Of a stretch of 64,000 nt of DNA, positions 53,655 through 62,925 are shown piece by piece (position 1 is the first letter of the stretch; every line of letters starts with the position of its first letter). Origin of the DNA: an uncultured Endomicrobiia bacterium (GTDB taxonomy: Bacteria; Elusimicrobiota; Endomicrobiia; DTEH01). The stretch spans positions 86,744 to 150,743 of the forward strand of contig CALFVX010000001.1 of NCBI GenBank assembly GCA_937928765.1, given 5' to 3'. The notes below the pieces were generated by a model that saw only the letters and a program-made list of their open reading frames with translations, was not told the origin of the DNA and ran no database searches. The position numbers and the translations under genes were made by a program.

Positions 53655-54572
53655 ATGTTTAAAAAAGCTTTAAGATTAATAATTATCTTATCGATTTTTA
53701 TACTCTTTTGTGTATTATATGCAGATAAATTAGAATATTTGTTGCCAGAAGAATACAAGATATCTGATAAAGATCTAGAAATTATTTTTATAGATGTTGG
53801 TCAAGGAGATTCTACACTAGTTATTACTCCTAATAAGAAAACAATTTTAATAGATGCCCCAGGCATACCATATTGGTCAAAAATATATTCTTTAGAACCT
53901 GCTGAAAATATAGTTTTGGATTATTTATATTCAAGAAATATTAACAAATTAGATTTTATTATAGTTTCTCATCCACACGGAGATCATTTTGGTGGCATGT
54001 TTGATATCTTAAATTCTTTAAAAATAGAAAATTTTATTGATAACGGATATGTGGAAGGTGACCCTAACTATGTTAATTTGTTAGAGATAGTTGATAAAAA
54101 AGAAATTCCTTATGATCAGTTAAAAGAAGGTGATTTTTTAGAAATAGATAATGAAGTTTTTATTAAAGTATTTTTTCCACCTAAAAAAGGCTTTATCTTT
54201 GAAGGAGCAAATAATTCATCGTTAGTTTTTAAATTGTTGTATGGAAATTTTTCTATTTTGTTTACAGCAGATATTGAAGTAGAGGTTGAAAATTATCTTT
54301 GTTCAAAATATAAAAAAGAAATAAAAAGTGTAGTTTTAAAAGTACCACATCATGGTTCAAGAACTTCTTCAAGTAGTAGGTTTATTAAAACTGTATCTCC
54401 AGAAGCAGCAGTAATAATGTGTGCAAAAAACAATCCTTTTGGTCATCCACATCAGGAAGTAATAAGCAGATATTTGAAATTTAAAATAGAACTTTATAGA
54501 ACAGATATAGATGGTGATATAAAAATTTTGACTAACGGAAAACAATATACAATAATTCCAAATTTAAAGTGA
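53655..54572 (+). CDS. ComEC/Rec2-type metallo-beta-lactamase-fold hydrolase with N-terminal signal/anchor
   Basis: FIDVGQGDS, SHPHGDHFGG, NNSSLV, FTADIE, KVPHHGS, NPFGHPH and YRTD motifs; no multi-TM competence domain. Confidence 0.88.
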   Translation: MFKKALRLIIILSIFILFCVLYADKLEYLLPEEYKISDKDLEIIFIDVGQGDSTLVITPNKKTILIDAPGIPYWSKIYSLEPAENIVLDYLYSRNINKLDFIIVSHPHGDHFGGMFDILNSLKIENFIDNGYVEGDPNYVNLLEIVDKKEIPYDQLKEGDFLEIDNEVFIKVFFPPKKGFIFEGANNSSLVFKLLYGNFSILFTADIEVEVENYLCSKYKKEIKSVVLKVPHHGSRTSSSSRFIKTVSPEAAVIMCAKNNPFGHPHQEVISRYLKFKIELYRTDIDGDIKILTNGKQYTIIPNLK

Positions 54573-54673
54573 TTATTTTGTTTTTAAACTATTGAAATTT
54601 TTTTTAATAAATTATAAAAAATTAAAAATATAGTATTTTTTAATAACAAAAATTTTTCAACCAAATTTTTTAT

Positions 54674-54746
54674 GGGCCCGTAGCTCAGCTGGCAGAGCAC
54701 CGGCCTTTTAAGCCGGGTGTCGAGAGTTCGAATCTCTCCGGGCTCA
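54674..54746 (+). tRNA. tRNA-Lys (UUU)
   Basis: Acceptor GGGCCCG/CGGGCTC, anticodon arm CCGGC-CTTTTAA-GCCGG, T-arm GAGAG-TTCGAAT-CTCTC. Confidence 0.95.
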
Positions 54747-54762
54747 GTTTTTTGTAGAGCAT

Positions 54763-54837
54763 GGTGGTTGTAGCTCAACCGGATAGAGCACCTGGCTGTG
54801 GCCCAGGTTGTTGCGGGTTCGACTCCCGTCAACCACC
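54763..54837 (+). tRNA. tRNA-His (GUG) with encoded G-1
   Basis: Acceptor G-GTGGTTG/CAACCAC-C (G-1:C73), anticodon arm CCTGG-CTGTGGC-CCAGG, T-arm GCGGG-TTCGACT-CCCGT. Confidence 0.95.
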
Positions 54838-54861
54838 CAAAAAATTAAGCTTGCAATTAAT

Positions 54862-54933
54862 GGGCGGTTAGCTCAGCGGGAGAGCGCCCGGTTTACACCC
54901 GGAAGGTCAGAGGTTCAAATCCTCTACCGCCCA
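54862..54933 (+). tRNA. tRNA-Val (UAC)
   Basis: Acceptor GGGCGGT/ACCGCCC, anticodon arm CCCGG-TTTACAC-CCGGA (one C.A mismatch), T-arm AGAGG-TTCAAAT-CCTCT. Confidence 0.93.
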
Positions 54934-54964
54934 GATTTAAAATGCAAATTTTAAAAAATTATGT

Positions 54965-55040
54965 GGGCTCGTGGTGTAGCTTGGTTTAACACACTGGCCT
55001 GTCAAGCCAGAGATCGCGGGTTCAAATCCCGTCGGGCCCG
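54965..55040 (+). tRNA. tRNA-Asp (GUC)
   Basis: Acceptor GGGCTCG/CGGGCCC, anticodon arm CTGGC-CTGTCAA-GCCAG, T-arm GCGGG-TTCAAAT-CCCGT. Confidence 0.95.
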
Positions 55041-55062
55041 TATTTTATAAAGGAGAAGTTTT

Positions 55063-56166
55063 ATGGCAGAAGTAATTTTAGAAAATGTAGTAAAAAGATT
55101 TGACAATACCACTGTAGTAAAAAATATTAGTTTAGAGATAAAAGATAAAGAATTTGCTATTTTAGTAGGACCTTCTGGTTGTGGAAAAACTACTACATTG
55201 CGAATGATTGCTGGTCTTGAGTATATTACTGAAGGAAAGATTTATATTGATGGTAAACTTGTAAATAATGTCCCACCTAAAGATAGAGATATTGCTATGG
55301 TGTTTCAAAACTATGCTTTATATCCCCATATGAAAGTTTATGATAATATGGCATTTGGGCTGAAAATTCGTGGATATTCGAAGAAAGAAATTTATCAACG
55401 TGTTTGTGAAGCAGCAGAAATTTTGGGTATTACCCATCTTTTAAATAGATACCCAAAAGAACTTTCTGGTGGGCAAAGACAGAGAGTTGCTGTTGGACGT
55501 GCAATTGTAAGAAAACCTAAAGTTTTTTTATTTGACGAACCGTTGTCAAACTTAGACGCAAAACTTAGAGTACAAATGCGTGCTGAACTTAAAAAATTAC
55601 ACGAACGTCTACAAACTACAATAATCTATGTAACACATGATCAGATTGAAGCAATGACTATGGGAAGTAAAATTTGTGTTATGAAAGATGGAGTAATACA
55701 ACAAGTTGATTCTCCTATTAATTTATATGATTATCCTAAAAATAAATTTGTAGCTGGTTTTATAGGAACTCCACCAATGAATTTTGTTGAAGTTAATGTT
55801 GTTAAAGAAAACGGTGGCATTTATTTTGATGAAGGAAATTTTAAATTAAAGTGTCCACAAAATTATGAAAATAAATTACTAAATTATGTAGATAAAAAAA
55901 TAATTTTAGGTATAAGAGCCGAACATATATATGATAAACTTTTCTATAATAATCCAGTAAAAGAAGGCACTGTTGCGACATTAACTGTTGATCTTATTGA
56001 ACCTATGGGTTCAGAAACTTATCTTCATCTAAATAGCGGTAAAAATATTTTTGTTGTTAAGGCTGACCCACACAATACAGCAAAAACTAATCAAGTAATA
56101 GAGGTTGTCTTTAATATAGACAAAACACATTTATTTGATATAGAAACAGAACAAAGGATAAATTAG
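55063..56166 (+). CDS. Carbohydrate ABC transporter ATPase (MalK/MsmX/UgpC family)
   Basis: GPSGCGKTT Walker A, VFQNYALYPHM, LSGGQRQR, FLFDEPLSNLDAKLR, C-terminal TOBE region; RBS AGGAG at 55051-55055. Confidence 0.95.
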   Translation: MAEVILENVVKRFDNTTVVKNISLEIKDKEFAILVGPSGCGKTTTLRMIAGLEYITEGKIYIDGKLVNNVPPKDRDIAMVFQNYALYPHMKVYDNMAFGLKIRGYSKKEIYQRVCEAAEILGITHLLNRYPKELSGGQRQRVAVGRAIVRKPKVFLFDEPLSNLDAKLRVQMRAELKKLHERLQTTIIYVTHDQIEAMTMGSKICVMKDGVIQQVDSPINLYDYPKNKFVAGFIGTPPMNFVEVNVVKENGGIYFDEGNFKLKCPQNYENKLLNYVDKKIILGIRAEHIYDKLFYNNPVKEGTVATLTVDLIEPMGSETYLHLNSGKNIFVVKADPHNTAKTNQVIEVVFNIDKTHLFDIETEQRIN

Positions 56167-56169
56167 TTA

Positions 56170-56370
56170 TTATTTTTGTATAGAGATAAAATATTCTATA
56201 CTTCTGTTATATATCTTTTCTTTATCTTTTGAAAAAAAACATCCAGGCAGTTCATTGTTTTTTCTGTGATAAACTACACATTCACAACATTTACCTTTTC
56301 TTGTACAAGGTTCATAAGTACAACTACAAAAGTTTAAATTTTTTTGTATATTACAATTTTGTTGTAACAT
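56170..56370 (-). CDS. Small Cys-rich putative metal-binding protein (DUF6485-like)
   Basis: C..NL..CSCTYEPCTRKGKCCEC..YH....ELPGCFF...E..YNRS pattern; GAGGT RBS upstream on the minus strand. The family name is from recall. Confidence 0.75.
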   Translation of the reverse strand: MLQQNCNIQKNLNFCSCTYEPCTRKGKCCECVVYHRKNNELPGCFFSKDKEKIYNRSIEYFISIQK

Positions 56371-56476
56371 TTTTTATACCTCACATAATATAAGTTTTTT
56401 AAATTTTTTAGTTAATTTAATTATGTGTTAAGAAAAATTTATTTATTAATTATTTTTTATGACTTAAAAATTTTTG

Positions 56477-58630
56477 TTAATTTTGGTTTTCAAACAAATA
56501 CAAAATTATAAATAACAAAGATAATAATGTTAAAATACATCCAATTTTAAAACTTATAGGATCATAAAACAAATATATATAATTTTCACCTTGAGGAAGA
56601 TAAATACCGCTCATAAAAATGTTACAGTGAAAAATTTTTGTTTTTTTATTATTTATAAAACATTTCCATCCAGGATAATAATTTTGTGAAATAACTAAAA
56701 ATTGGGGATTAGAATTTGTAATCTTTGCAAAGATTTTGTTATAGACAAAACTTGAATAATGTATGATGAAATTATCTTTTTGACTTGAATTATTTTGTGA
56801 AAAAATAAGACTTTCTATTTTTTTCCCGTTATAAGAATGTATTATTGCTGTTTTCATAACTTCAAAATTTAAATTTTGAAGAATCTTTAAAGATTTTTCT
56901 ATATCAGATTCAAAAATTATTTTTTCTGCTGGATATAATCGTGGCAGTACATATAAGTTTTCATAAATTTTTATATCATTAGTTTCTTTTTCTAATTTCC
57001 AATATTTTGTTTTATATTTTATTGCTGAAAGAACATATTTTGTATTTGCAATAGCAAAAAACACTGCTGAATCATCTAAAGAATTTCTTTTATAAACGAA
57101 ATCCATAAATTTAAAAAAATTTCTTAATTCTATATCTTGACCTCTAAAATTAGGTATTTTGTATTCTAAATTTATGTTGGAAAGCATATTGTCACGAAAT
57201 TTAGTAAATCCGGAGTATAAATCTTTTCCTTTAAAAGCCATTGTTAGAATCTGTGTTAAAGGAGTATGAGCAATACGATAGCTGTAGTTATCTTCAAGAT
57301 TTTTCTTAATAATAAAATTTATTGTTTCTGATTTCTCATCTAATATAGATTTAGGTAGCAACATACTTATCTTTGTATTATAAAAATAAAGTTCTGAAAA
57401 ACAAATAAAAAATATAATATATGATATTTTTTTGTTGTGTTTTAAGGATTTTAAAAAAAAATGAACTCCATAAGAAGAAAACAAACTTAAGATGAAGACA
57501 TTTATGTAAACTATAGTAGATGGGAAACGAAAAATTCTTATTAATGGAAATATTTTATAAATCAATTTGTAAAAAAACGAGTTATCTCCCATCGCGAACA
57601 TTAAAACAAAAATAAAAGTTGTTAAGTAAAAAATTTTTTCTTTAAGGTTTTTGTTTGTAATTATTCCTAATGCTGATAGTAGCATTGCTACAAATCCAAT
57701 ATAAAAAGTATACAACCAATAATTAGTTAATGCAGGATATTTTTTAAAATCAAATTGCCAAAAATATGGATAAAAAAAGTTTAAAAAATCTTTGATATTT
57801 AAAGAACCTAAAATTGTTGTATCTTTGTATTTCATGCCAAATTGAGAAAAACTTTTTATTTCTTCTCCTGAACGAGTAGTGTTATAGATAAATTCTAATG
57901 TTGGCAAAAATTGTATTGCAGCAATAATTAGCGAAAATAAAATTGAAACTGAATATATTTTTATTGGCAAAAAAGATTTTTCTTCATACGATTTAAATAA
58001 TGAATAAAATAATAGAAATATTCCAGAATAAAACCACATTTGTGTATGCCCAGCAAGAAATTGTATTGCAATAGCTAAAGATAAAAAAATTATTTTTTTG
58101 TATTTAAAATTTTTAACAGCTAAGTGAAATAGAAGAAAGACAAATGGCAACCATATAATTGTAGCTAATACACTTAAAAATTCTACTCTACTTACCATAA
58201 ATCCGTTAAACGACCAAATAATACTTCCTAAAATAGAAGAGATTAAACTTAATTTTTTGGTTCTCAATAATAAAAACATAAATAGCATTGAAAGAAAAAA
58301 ATGTGTTATTATAAAAATTTTATATGCACAAGCAAAATCTTTTACAATAATAAATATTATACTAAAAGGATAAAATACCTGAGATTGTATATTAGCCATA
58401 AAAGGTGCTCCACAATGGTTATAATGATTCCATAGAGGTAAAAAATCTAAATAATAAGAACTGTTTTTAATGTTAGATAAAAAATAGTTAATAAAAAATT
58501 TCCATGGTTTAAACTGAAGTGTTATATCTCTTTGAAAATATGTGAGATTTGTAAAAACAATTTTGTTAAAAAAAGTTATAACTAAAAATAATAAAACGAA
58601 ATAGATAATTATATTACTTACTTTTTTCAT
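56477..58630 (-). CDS. YfhO-family multi-pass membrane protein (putative GT-C glycosyltransferase)
   Basis: PLWNHYNHCGAPFMANIQSQVFYP, LAGHTQ, AAIQFLPTLE, FRFPS, YENLYVLPR and C-terminal NYYPGWKCFIN...LPQGEN; many TM segments. Confidence 0.85.
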   Translation of the reverse strand: MKKVSNIIIYFVLLFLVITFFNKIVFTNLTYFQRDITLQFKPWKFFINYFLSNIKNSSYYLDFLPLWNHYNHCGAPFMANIQSQVFYPFSIIFIIVKDFACAYKIFIITHFFLSMLFMFLLLRTKKLSLISSILGSIIWSFNGFMVSRVEFLSVLATIIWLPFVFLLFHLAVKNFKYKKIIFLSLAIAIQFLAGHTQMWFYSGIFLLFYSLFKSYEEKSFLPIKIYSVSILFSLIIAAIQFLPTLEFIYNTTRSGEEIKSFSQFGMKYKDTTILGSLNIKDFLNFFYPYFWQFDFKKYPALTNYWLYTFYIGFVAMLLSALGIITNKNLKEKIFYLTTFIFVLMFAMGDNSFFYKLIYKIFPLIRIFRFPSTIVYINVFILSLFSSYGVHFFLKSLKHNKKISYIIFFICFSELYFYNTKISMLLPKSILDEKSETINFIIKKNLEDNYSYRIAHTPLTQILTMAFKGKDLYSGFTKFRDNMLSNINLEYKIPNFRGQDIELRNFFKFMDFVYKRNSLDDSAVFFAIANTKYVLSAIKYKTKYWKLEKETNDIKIYENLYVLPRLYPAEKIIFESDIEKSLKILQNLNFEVMKTAIIHSYNGKKIESLIFSQNNSSQKDNFIIHYSSFVYNKIFAKITNSNPQFLVISQNYYPGWKCFINNKKTKIFHCNIFMSGIYLPQGENYIYLFYDPISFKIGCILTLLSLLFIILYLFENQN

Positions 58631-59402
58631 TATTTTGAAAACTATCTTTTAAAAATAGCCTTATTGCATTTTTGTCTAAAATATCTTCTAAAACATTAAT
58701 ATCTATTTTTTTAATTTCAGAAATTTTTTCTAACACATAATATAAGTTCAAAGGAGTATTGATTTTACCTCTTAGAGGTTGTGGGGATAAGTAAGGAGTA
58801 TCTGTTTCTATTAAAATTTTTTCTACAGGAACATATTTTATAGTTTCCAAAATTACATTACTATTTTTAAAAGTTATTATACCAGTAAAACCCAAATACA
58901 AATCCAACTCTAAAATTTTATTTGCAAAATCATGTTTACTGCTAAAACAGTGAATTACGCCGTTTGAAACATTATTTTCTTTTAAAATGTTATAAATTTC
59001 TTCTTCGCTATTTCGTGAATGAATTATAAGTGGCAAATTTTTTTCTTTTGCAAAATATATATGAGTTAAAAAGCAATTTATCTGCTTGTCTTTTGGTGAT
59101 AAGTTATAATAGAAATCTAATCCTGTTTCTCCTATAGCTATTAACCTTCCTGTTAAATAAAGTTGATCATACATATCTATAAGATTTTTTTTACTGAAAT
59201 TTTTAGAATTATGTGGATGTGTCCCTAAGCAAGCATATAAAAAATCATAAAGTTTATAATATTTCAAAAATAGGTCTACTTCTTGTTGAGTTTCACATAT
59301 ACATAAAACACCTTTAAATCTATGATCTTTCAATTTTTCAAGTATATCCTTTATTTCAGGCAAAAGTCTTATATCAAAAAGATGAGTGTGCGTATCAAAC
59401 AT
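58614..59402 (-). CDS. tatD: TatD family metal-dependent DNase
   Basis: DTHTH, GTHPH, AIGETGLDF, IIHSR, VIHCF and IETDTPYL motifs. Confidence 0.94.
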   Translation of the reverse strand: MFDTHTHLFDIRLLPEIKDILEKLKDHRFKGVLCICETQQEVDLFLKYYKLYDFLYACLGTHPHNSKNFSKKNLIDMYDQLYLTGRLIAIGETGLDFYYNLSPKDKQINCFLTHIYFAKEKNLPLIIHSRNSEEEIYNILKENNVSNGVIHCFSSKHDFANKILELDLYLGFTGIITFKNSNVILETIKYVPVEKILIETDTPYLSPQPLRGKINTPLNLYYVLEKISEIKKIDINVLEDILDKNAIRLFLKDSFQNNEKSK

Positions 59403-60741
59403 GTTCCACCATCTTTTTTTTAGAATTTAATTCTCTTACATAATCTTTTAGTTTTACAAATTCATCATAGCTACACCAAGCAGGAATTTTGCCTGGTATA
59501 CCGTTAAATAAAAATATTGAATTGTTGTATAAAAGCGGGTCTATACTTTCATCCAATCCTAATTTGTAGAACAATTTAGTTTTTGGAACTATAGATAGTT
59601 CGCACAATCTTATTCTTAAATTGTATCTTGAAATATAGTTTATTGAATTGTAAACATCTTCAACAGTTTCTGTTGACAAACCAGCAAGAATATATACAGA
59701 GATTTCTTGTGGTTTATATCCTGCATATAATAAATTTTCTAAACCGTACTCAAATTCTTTTAGAGTTATTTTTTTATCAACTTTAGAATGTGTTAAATCT
59801 GAGATTGTTTCTAAGCTTAATCTTGGATCTAAAAAATTAAGTTCTTTCATTAAAATTGCTAATTCTCTGTCTATAAATTTTGGATTTATTCCATTTGGTG
59901 TGTAAAATTTAAGCTTTAGATCTAATTTTGATATTTCTTTAAACAATTTTTTTATTAAATCTATATTTTTATGGTTAAATAAAGCATCGTCATAAAAAAC
60001 GATATTTTTAGATCCAGTAGAAAAAGATAAAAATTTAATTTCTTCAATAAATTTATTTATCTCTTTATTTTCATATTTTGCTGTAATACTTTTAGATGCA
60101 CAATAATCACAGTTATAAAAACAACCGTAAGAGAATCTGGTTACAATGTAGTATACTTTTTTATAATAAGAATAATCAGGTGATGGAAAATTTTTAAAGT
60201 AATTATATTTTTTTATATTTTCAATATTTAAGTACTCTAATAATTCGTAAAAAAAACTTCTTTTAAATATCAAATCAACTTTATCAGCAAAAGTTTTTTC
60301 TGCATGCAGTGGAAGCAATATAGGGTAGTTTCCTCCAAGAAAAATTTTGCTTTTTGGTAAAATTTGTTTTACAAAATCCACAATTTCTTTAATGGCTTGG
60401 TACCAATATGTCATTGAAGATGTTATAACTACATAGTTAGCATCTTGATGGTTAAATAAAAAATTTTTTATTTTGTTTTCATCGATACCGTATCTTCTAT
60501 AATTTATTGGAATATTTTTTAAAATTTCAGGTTTAGGAATTATCTTTGATGGAAACTTGCCGGTTCCATCTTGTTTAGCAGGCAGTTCTTCAAAATAATT
60601 TCTGTCTAAACAATCAAGTAAAAAAACTTCAAAATTGTAATTTTTTAATATATTTGATAAATACAAAATTCCTAATGGTTTTAACCAAACATCGTATGCA
60701 CTAAAATCGTATATAGGAGGATTAATCAGAATAATTTTCAT
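59395..60741 (-). CDS. B12-binding-domain radical SAM protein
   Basis: N-terminal LINPPIYDFSAYDVWLKPLG...TSSMTYWY...LGGNY region; GCFYNCDYC (CxxxCxxC); FYDDAL; TPNG. Confidence 0.85.
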   Translation of the reverse strand: MKIILINPPIYDFSAYDVWLKPLGILYLSNILKNYNFEVFLLDCLDRNYFEELPAKQDGTGKFPSKIIPKPEILKNIPINYRRYGIDENKIKNFLFNHQDANYVVITSSMTYWYQAIKEIVDFVKQILPKSKIFLGGNYPILLPLHAEKTFADKVDLIFKRSFFYELLEYLNIENIKKYNYFKNFPSPDYSYYKKVYYIVTRFSYGCFYNCDYCASKSITAKYENKEINKFIEEIKFLSFSTGSKNIVFYDDALFNHKNIDLIKKLFKEISKLDLKLKFYTPNGINPKFIDRELAILMKELNFLDPRLSLETISDLTHSKVDKKITLKEFEYGLENLLYAGYKPQEISVYILAGLSTETVEDVYNSINYISRYNLRIRLCELSIVPKTKLFYKLGLDESIDPLLYNNSIFLFNGIPGKIPAWCSYDEFVKLKDYVRELNSKKKMVEHV

Positions 60742-60855
60742 AAAATGAAAATTTACAAAAAAACTTTGTTTATTTCAACATAATGATTACTCTTTAAATT
60801 TTTGTATAAATTTTGTAAAAATTAAAAAATTTTTATTTTTAGGAGAAAAGTTTTT

Positions 60856-61428
60856 ATGAAAGAAAAAATTATAAATTTGTTAAATGAAAGTATTAAAGTA
60901 AAACAACTCTATGTTCAAAATGAAATACAGCTTGATGTCCTTTTTAAAGTTATAGAAAAAATAATAGATTGTTATAAAAAAAATAAGAAACTTATAGTAT
61001 TTGGCAATGGTGGTTCTGCTGCAGACGCACAACATTTTGTTGCAGAACTTATAGGTAGATTTAAGAAAGAAAGAAAGCCTCTTAAAGCTATTTCTTTAAC
61101 AACAAATACTTCTACTATAACTGCTTTATCTAACGATTATGGTTATGATATTTCTTTTAGTAGACAACTAGAAGCCTTTGCTGAAGAAGGTGATGTAGTT
61201 GTTGGGATTTCAACAAGTGGTAATGCAATAAATGTTTTAAGAGCCATAGAATTAGCAAAAAGTTTAGGTTGTATAACAGTTGGGTTAACTGGTGAAAAAG
61301 GAGGAAAACTTAAAGATATTGTTGATTATTGTATTAATGTTCCAACAAATGATACTCCAAGGATACAGGAGCTACATATTACGATAATACATATAATATG
61401 TGATATAGTAGAACAAAAAATTTTTTGA
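60856..61428 (+). CDS. gmhA: D-sedoheptulose-7-phosphate isomerase
   Basis: GNGGSAADAQHFVAEL, NDYGY, FSRQ, GISTSGN and RIQELH motifs; RBS AGGAG at 60841-60845. Confidence 0.95.
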   Translation: MKEKIINLLNESIKVKQLYVQNEIQLDVLFKVIEKIIDCYKKNKKLIVFGNGGSAADAQHFVAELIGRFKKERKPLKAISLTTNTSTITALSNDYGYDISFSRQLEAFAEEGDVVVGISTSGNAINVLRAIELAKSLGCITVGLTGEKGGKLKDIVDYCINVPTNDTPRIQELHITIIHIICDIVEQKIF

Positions 61429-61437
61429 TAAATTATT

Positions 61438-61947
61438 ATGATTGTATCATTAAAAAAATTAAAAAAAATATTGTATAAATTAAAAAAAATAAAAAAGGAA
61501 ATAGTTTTTACTAACGGATGTTTTGACATAATTCATTTAGGCCACATTACTTTACTTAAAAAAGCAAAAAGTTGTGGTGATGTTTTAATAGTAGGACTAA
61601 ACAGTGATAGTTCTGTAAAAAAATTAAAAGGTAAAAAACGGCCTATACTTCCACAGTATGAACGAGCAAGAATTATTGATAGTATAAGATATGTTGACTA
61701 TGTTATTATTTTTGACGAATTAACTCCTTATAAATTAATAACAGAACTTAAACCAGATATTTTAGTAAAAGGTGGAGATTATAAATTAAAAGATATAGTA
61801 GGTTGGGGGATAGTTCCTAAAATTATAAGAGTAAAGTTAGTTAAGAACAAATCTACAACTAATATTTTAGAAAAAATTAAAAAAATGTATTTAAAAGGTA
61901 AGAAAAATGGAATATGTAAAAGAGAAATGGTCAACAGAAGTTTTTAG
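61438..61947 (+). CDS. rfaE2: D-glycero-beta-D-manno-heptose-1-phosphate adenylyltransferase (stand-alone HldE domain II)
   Basis: FTNGCFDIIHLGH, GLNSDSSVKKLKG..RP, PDILVKGGDY and STT motifs; adjacent to gmhA. Confidence 0.9.
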   Translation: MIVSLKKLKKILYKLKKIKKEIVFTNGCFDIIHLGHITLLKKAKSCGDVLIVGLNSDSSVKKLKGKKRPILPQYERARIIDSIRYVDYVIIFDELTPYKLITELKPDILVKGGDYKLKDIVGWGIVPKIIRVKLVKNKSTTNILEKIKKMYLKGKKNGICKREMVNRSF

Positions 61948-62854
61948 TCTAGTAATAGGTGCGACAAAAGATAATGGTGGAACAAGAAATAAAGTTTTAA
62001 AAATAGGTGGACAAAAAACACTAGCATTTTTAAAATTTGAAGGAGAAACACCAAATAAACCTATAGTTTTAGCTGAAGTTTTAGATTTTTTACCTGAAGA
62101 TTTGTGGCCTACTTTTTATAAAAAATTTGAAAATATAGTGAAAGAACCATTGTTGTGGATAAAAGAAATAGAAAGTTCAAATCCTGATGGTATATGTATT
62201 CGTCTTTTATCTTGTCATCCAGATATGAAGAATAATTCTAAAGAGTATCTAAAAAAATTTATTCCTGAAGTTTTAAAAACAACAAAGTTGCCACTTATAA
62301 TTTTAGGCAGCGGACATATTGAAAAAGATGCTGAAATTTTACCTTTTGTAGCTGAACTTACTAAAGGAGAAAAAATTCTTCTTGGCATGGCAGTAAAAGA
62401 AAATTATAAAACAATAATATCTTCATTAATTAATTTTGATCATTCAATTATTGTAGAGACACCACTTGATATAAATTTAGCTAAACAACTTAATATTCTG
62501 GTTACTGATTTAGGATTTCCATTAGATAGAATTGTTATGCATCATACTACTGGCGGGCTAGGATACGGATTTGAATATTGTTATTCTATAATTGAAAGAT
62601 GTCGCTTAGCTGCTTTACAAGGAGATAAAGTTATGTCAACACCTATAATAAATTTGATTTCAGAAGAAACATGGAAAACAAAAGAAGCAAAATCAGCTGA
62701 AGATCTCTCTTGGGGAGAAGATGAGATAAAAAGAGCAATAATATGGGAAATTACTACAGCATTAGGATATTTACATGCAGGGACCGATATTTTAGTTCTA
62801 GCTCATCCTGAGAGTATTAGAAAAGTTAAAAGTATAATAGATCAAATAGAATAA
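61907..62854 (+). CDS. acsD: Corrinoid iron-sulfur protein small subunit / acetyl-CoA decarbonylase-synthase delta subunit (AcsD/CdhD)
   Basis: IGAT..NGGTR...IGG...LAF..FEG..PN.P, ENYKTI, PLDINLAKQLNIL, TTGGLGYGFEY.YSIIER.RLAALQGD, WKTKEA, WE..TA and HPES motifs. Confidence 0.88.
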   Translation: MEYVKEKWSTEVFSLVIGATKDNGGTRNKVLKIGGQKTLAFLKFEGETPNKPIVLAEVLDFLPEDLWPTFYKKFENIVKEPLLWIKEIESSNPDGICIRLLSCHPDMKNNSKEYLKKFIPEVLKTTKLPLIILGSGHIEKDAEILPFVAELTKGEKILLGMAVKENYKTIISSLINFDHSIIVETPLDINLAKQLNILVTDLGFPLDRIVMHHTTGGLGYGFEYCYSIIERCRLAALQGDKVMSTPIINLISEETWKTKEAKSAEDLSWGEDEIKRAIIWEITTALGYLHAGTDILVLAHPESIRKVKSIIDQIE

Positions 62855-62925
62855 ATTTTTAACATATAAAAAAATATTGTGTTTTTGTTGAATTTAATGT
62901 TGTAAAGTTTATAAAAAACAAGTTT

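Noticed and set aside
54584-54832. 82-aa minus-strand ORF
   Set aside because: It is the antisense of tRNA-Lys and tRNA-His.
60742-60855. Inverted repeat TTTACAAAA/TTTTGTAAA in the divergent intergenic region
   Set aside because: Low-complexity AT sequence, expected by chance at this base composition.
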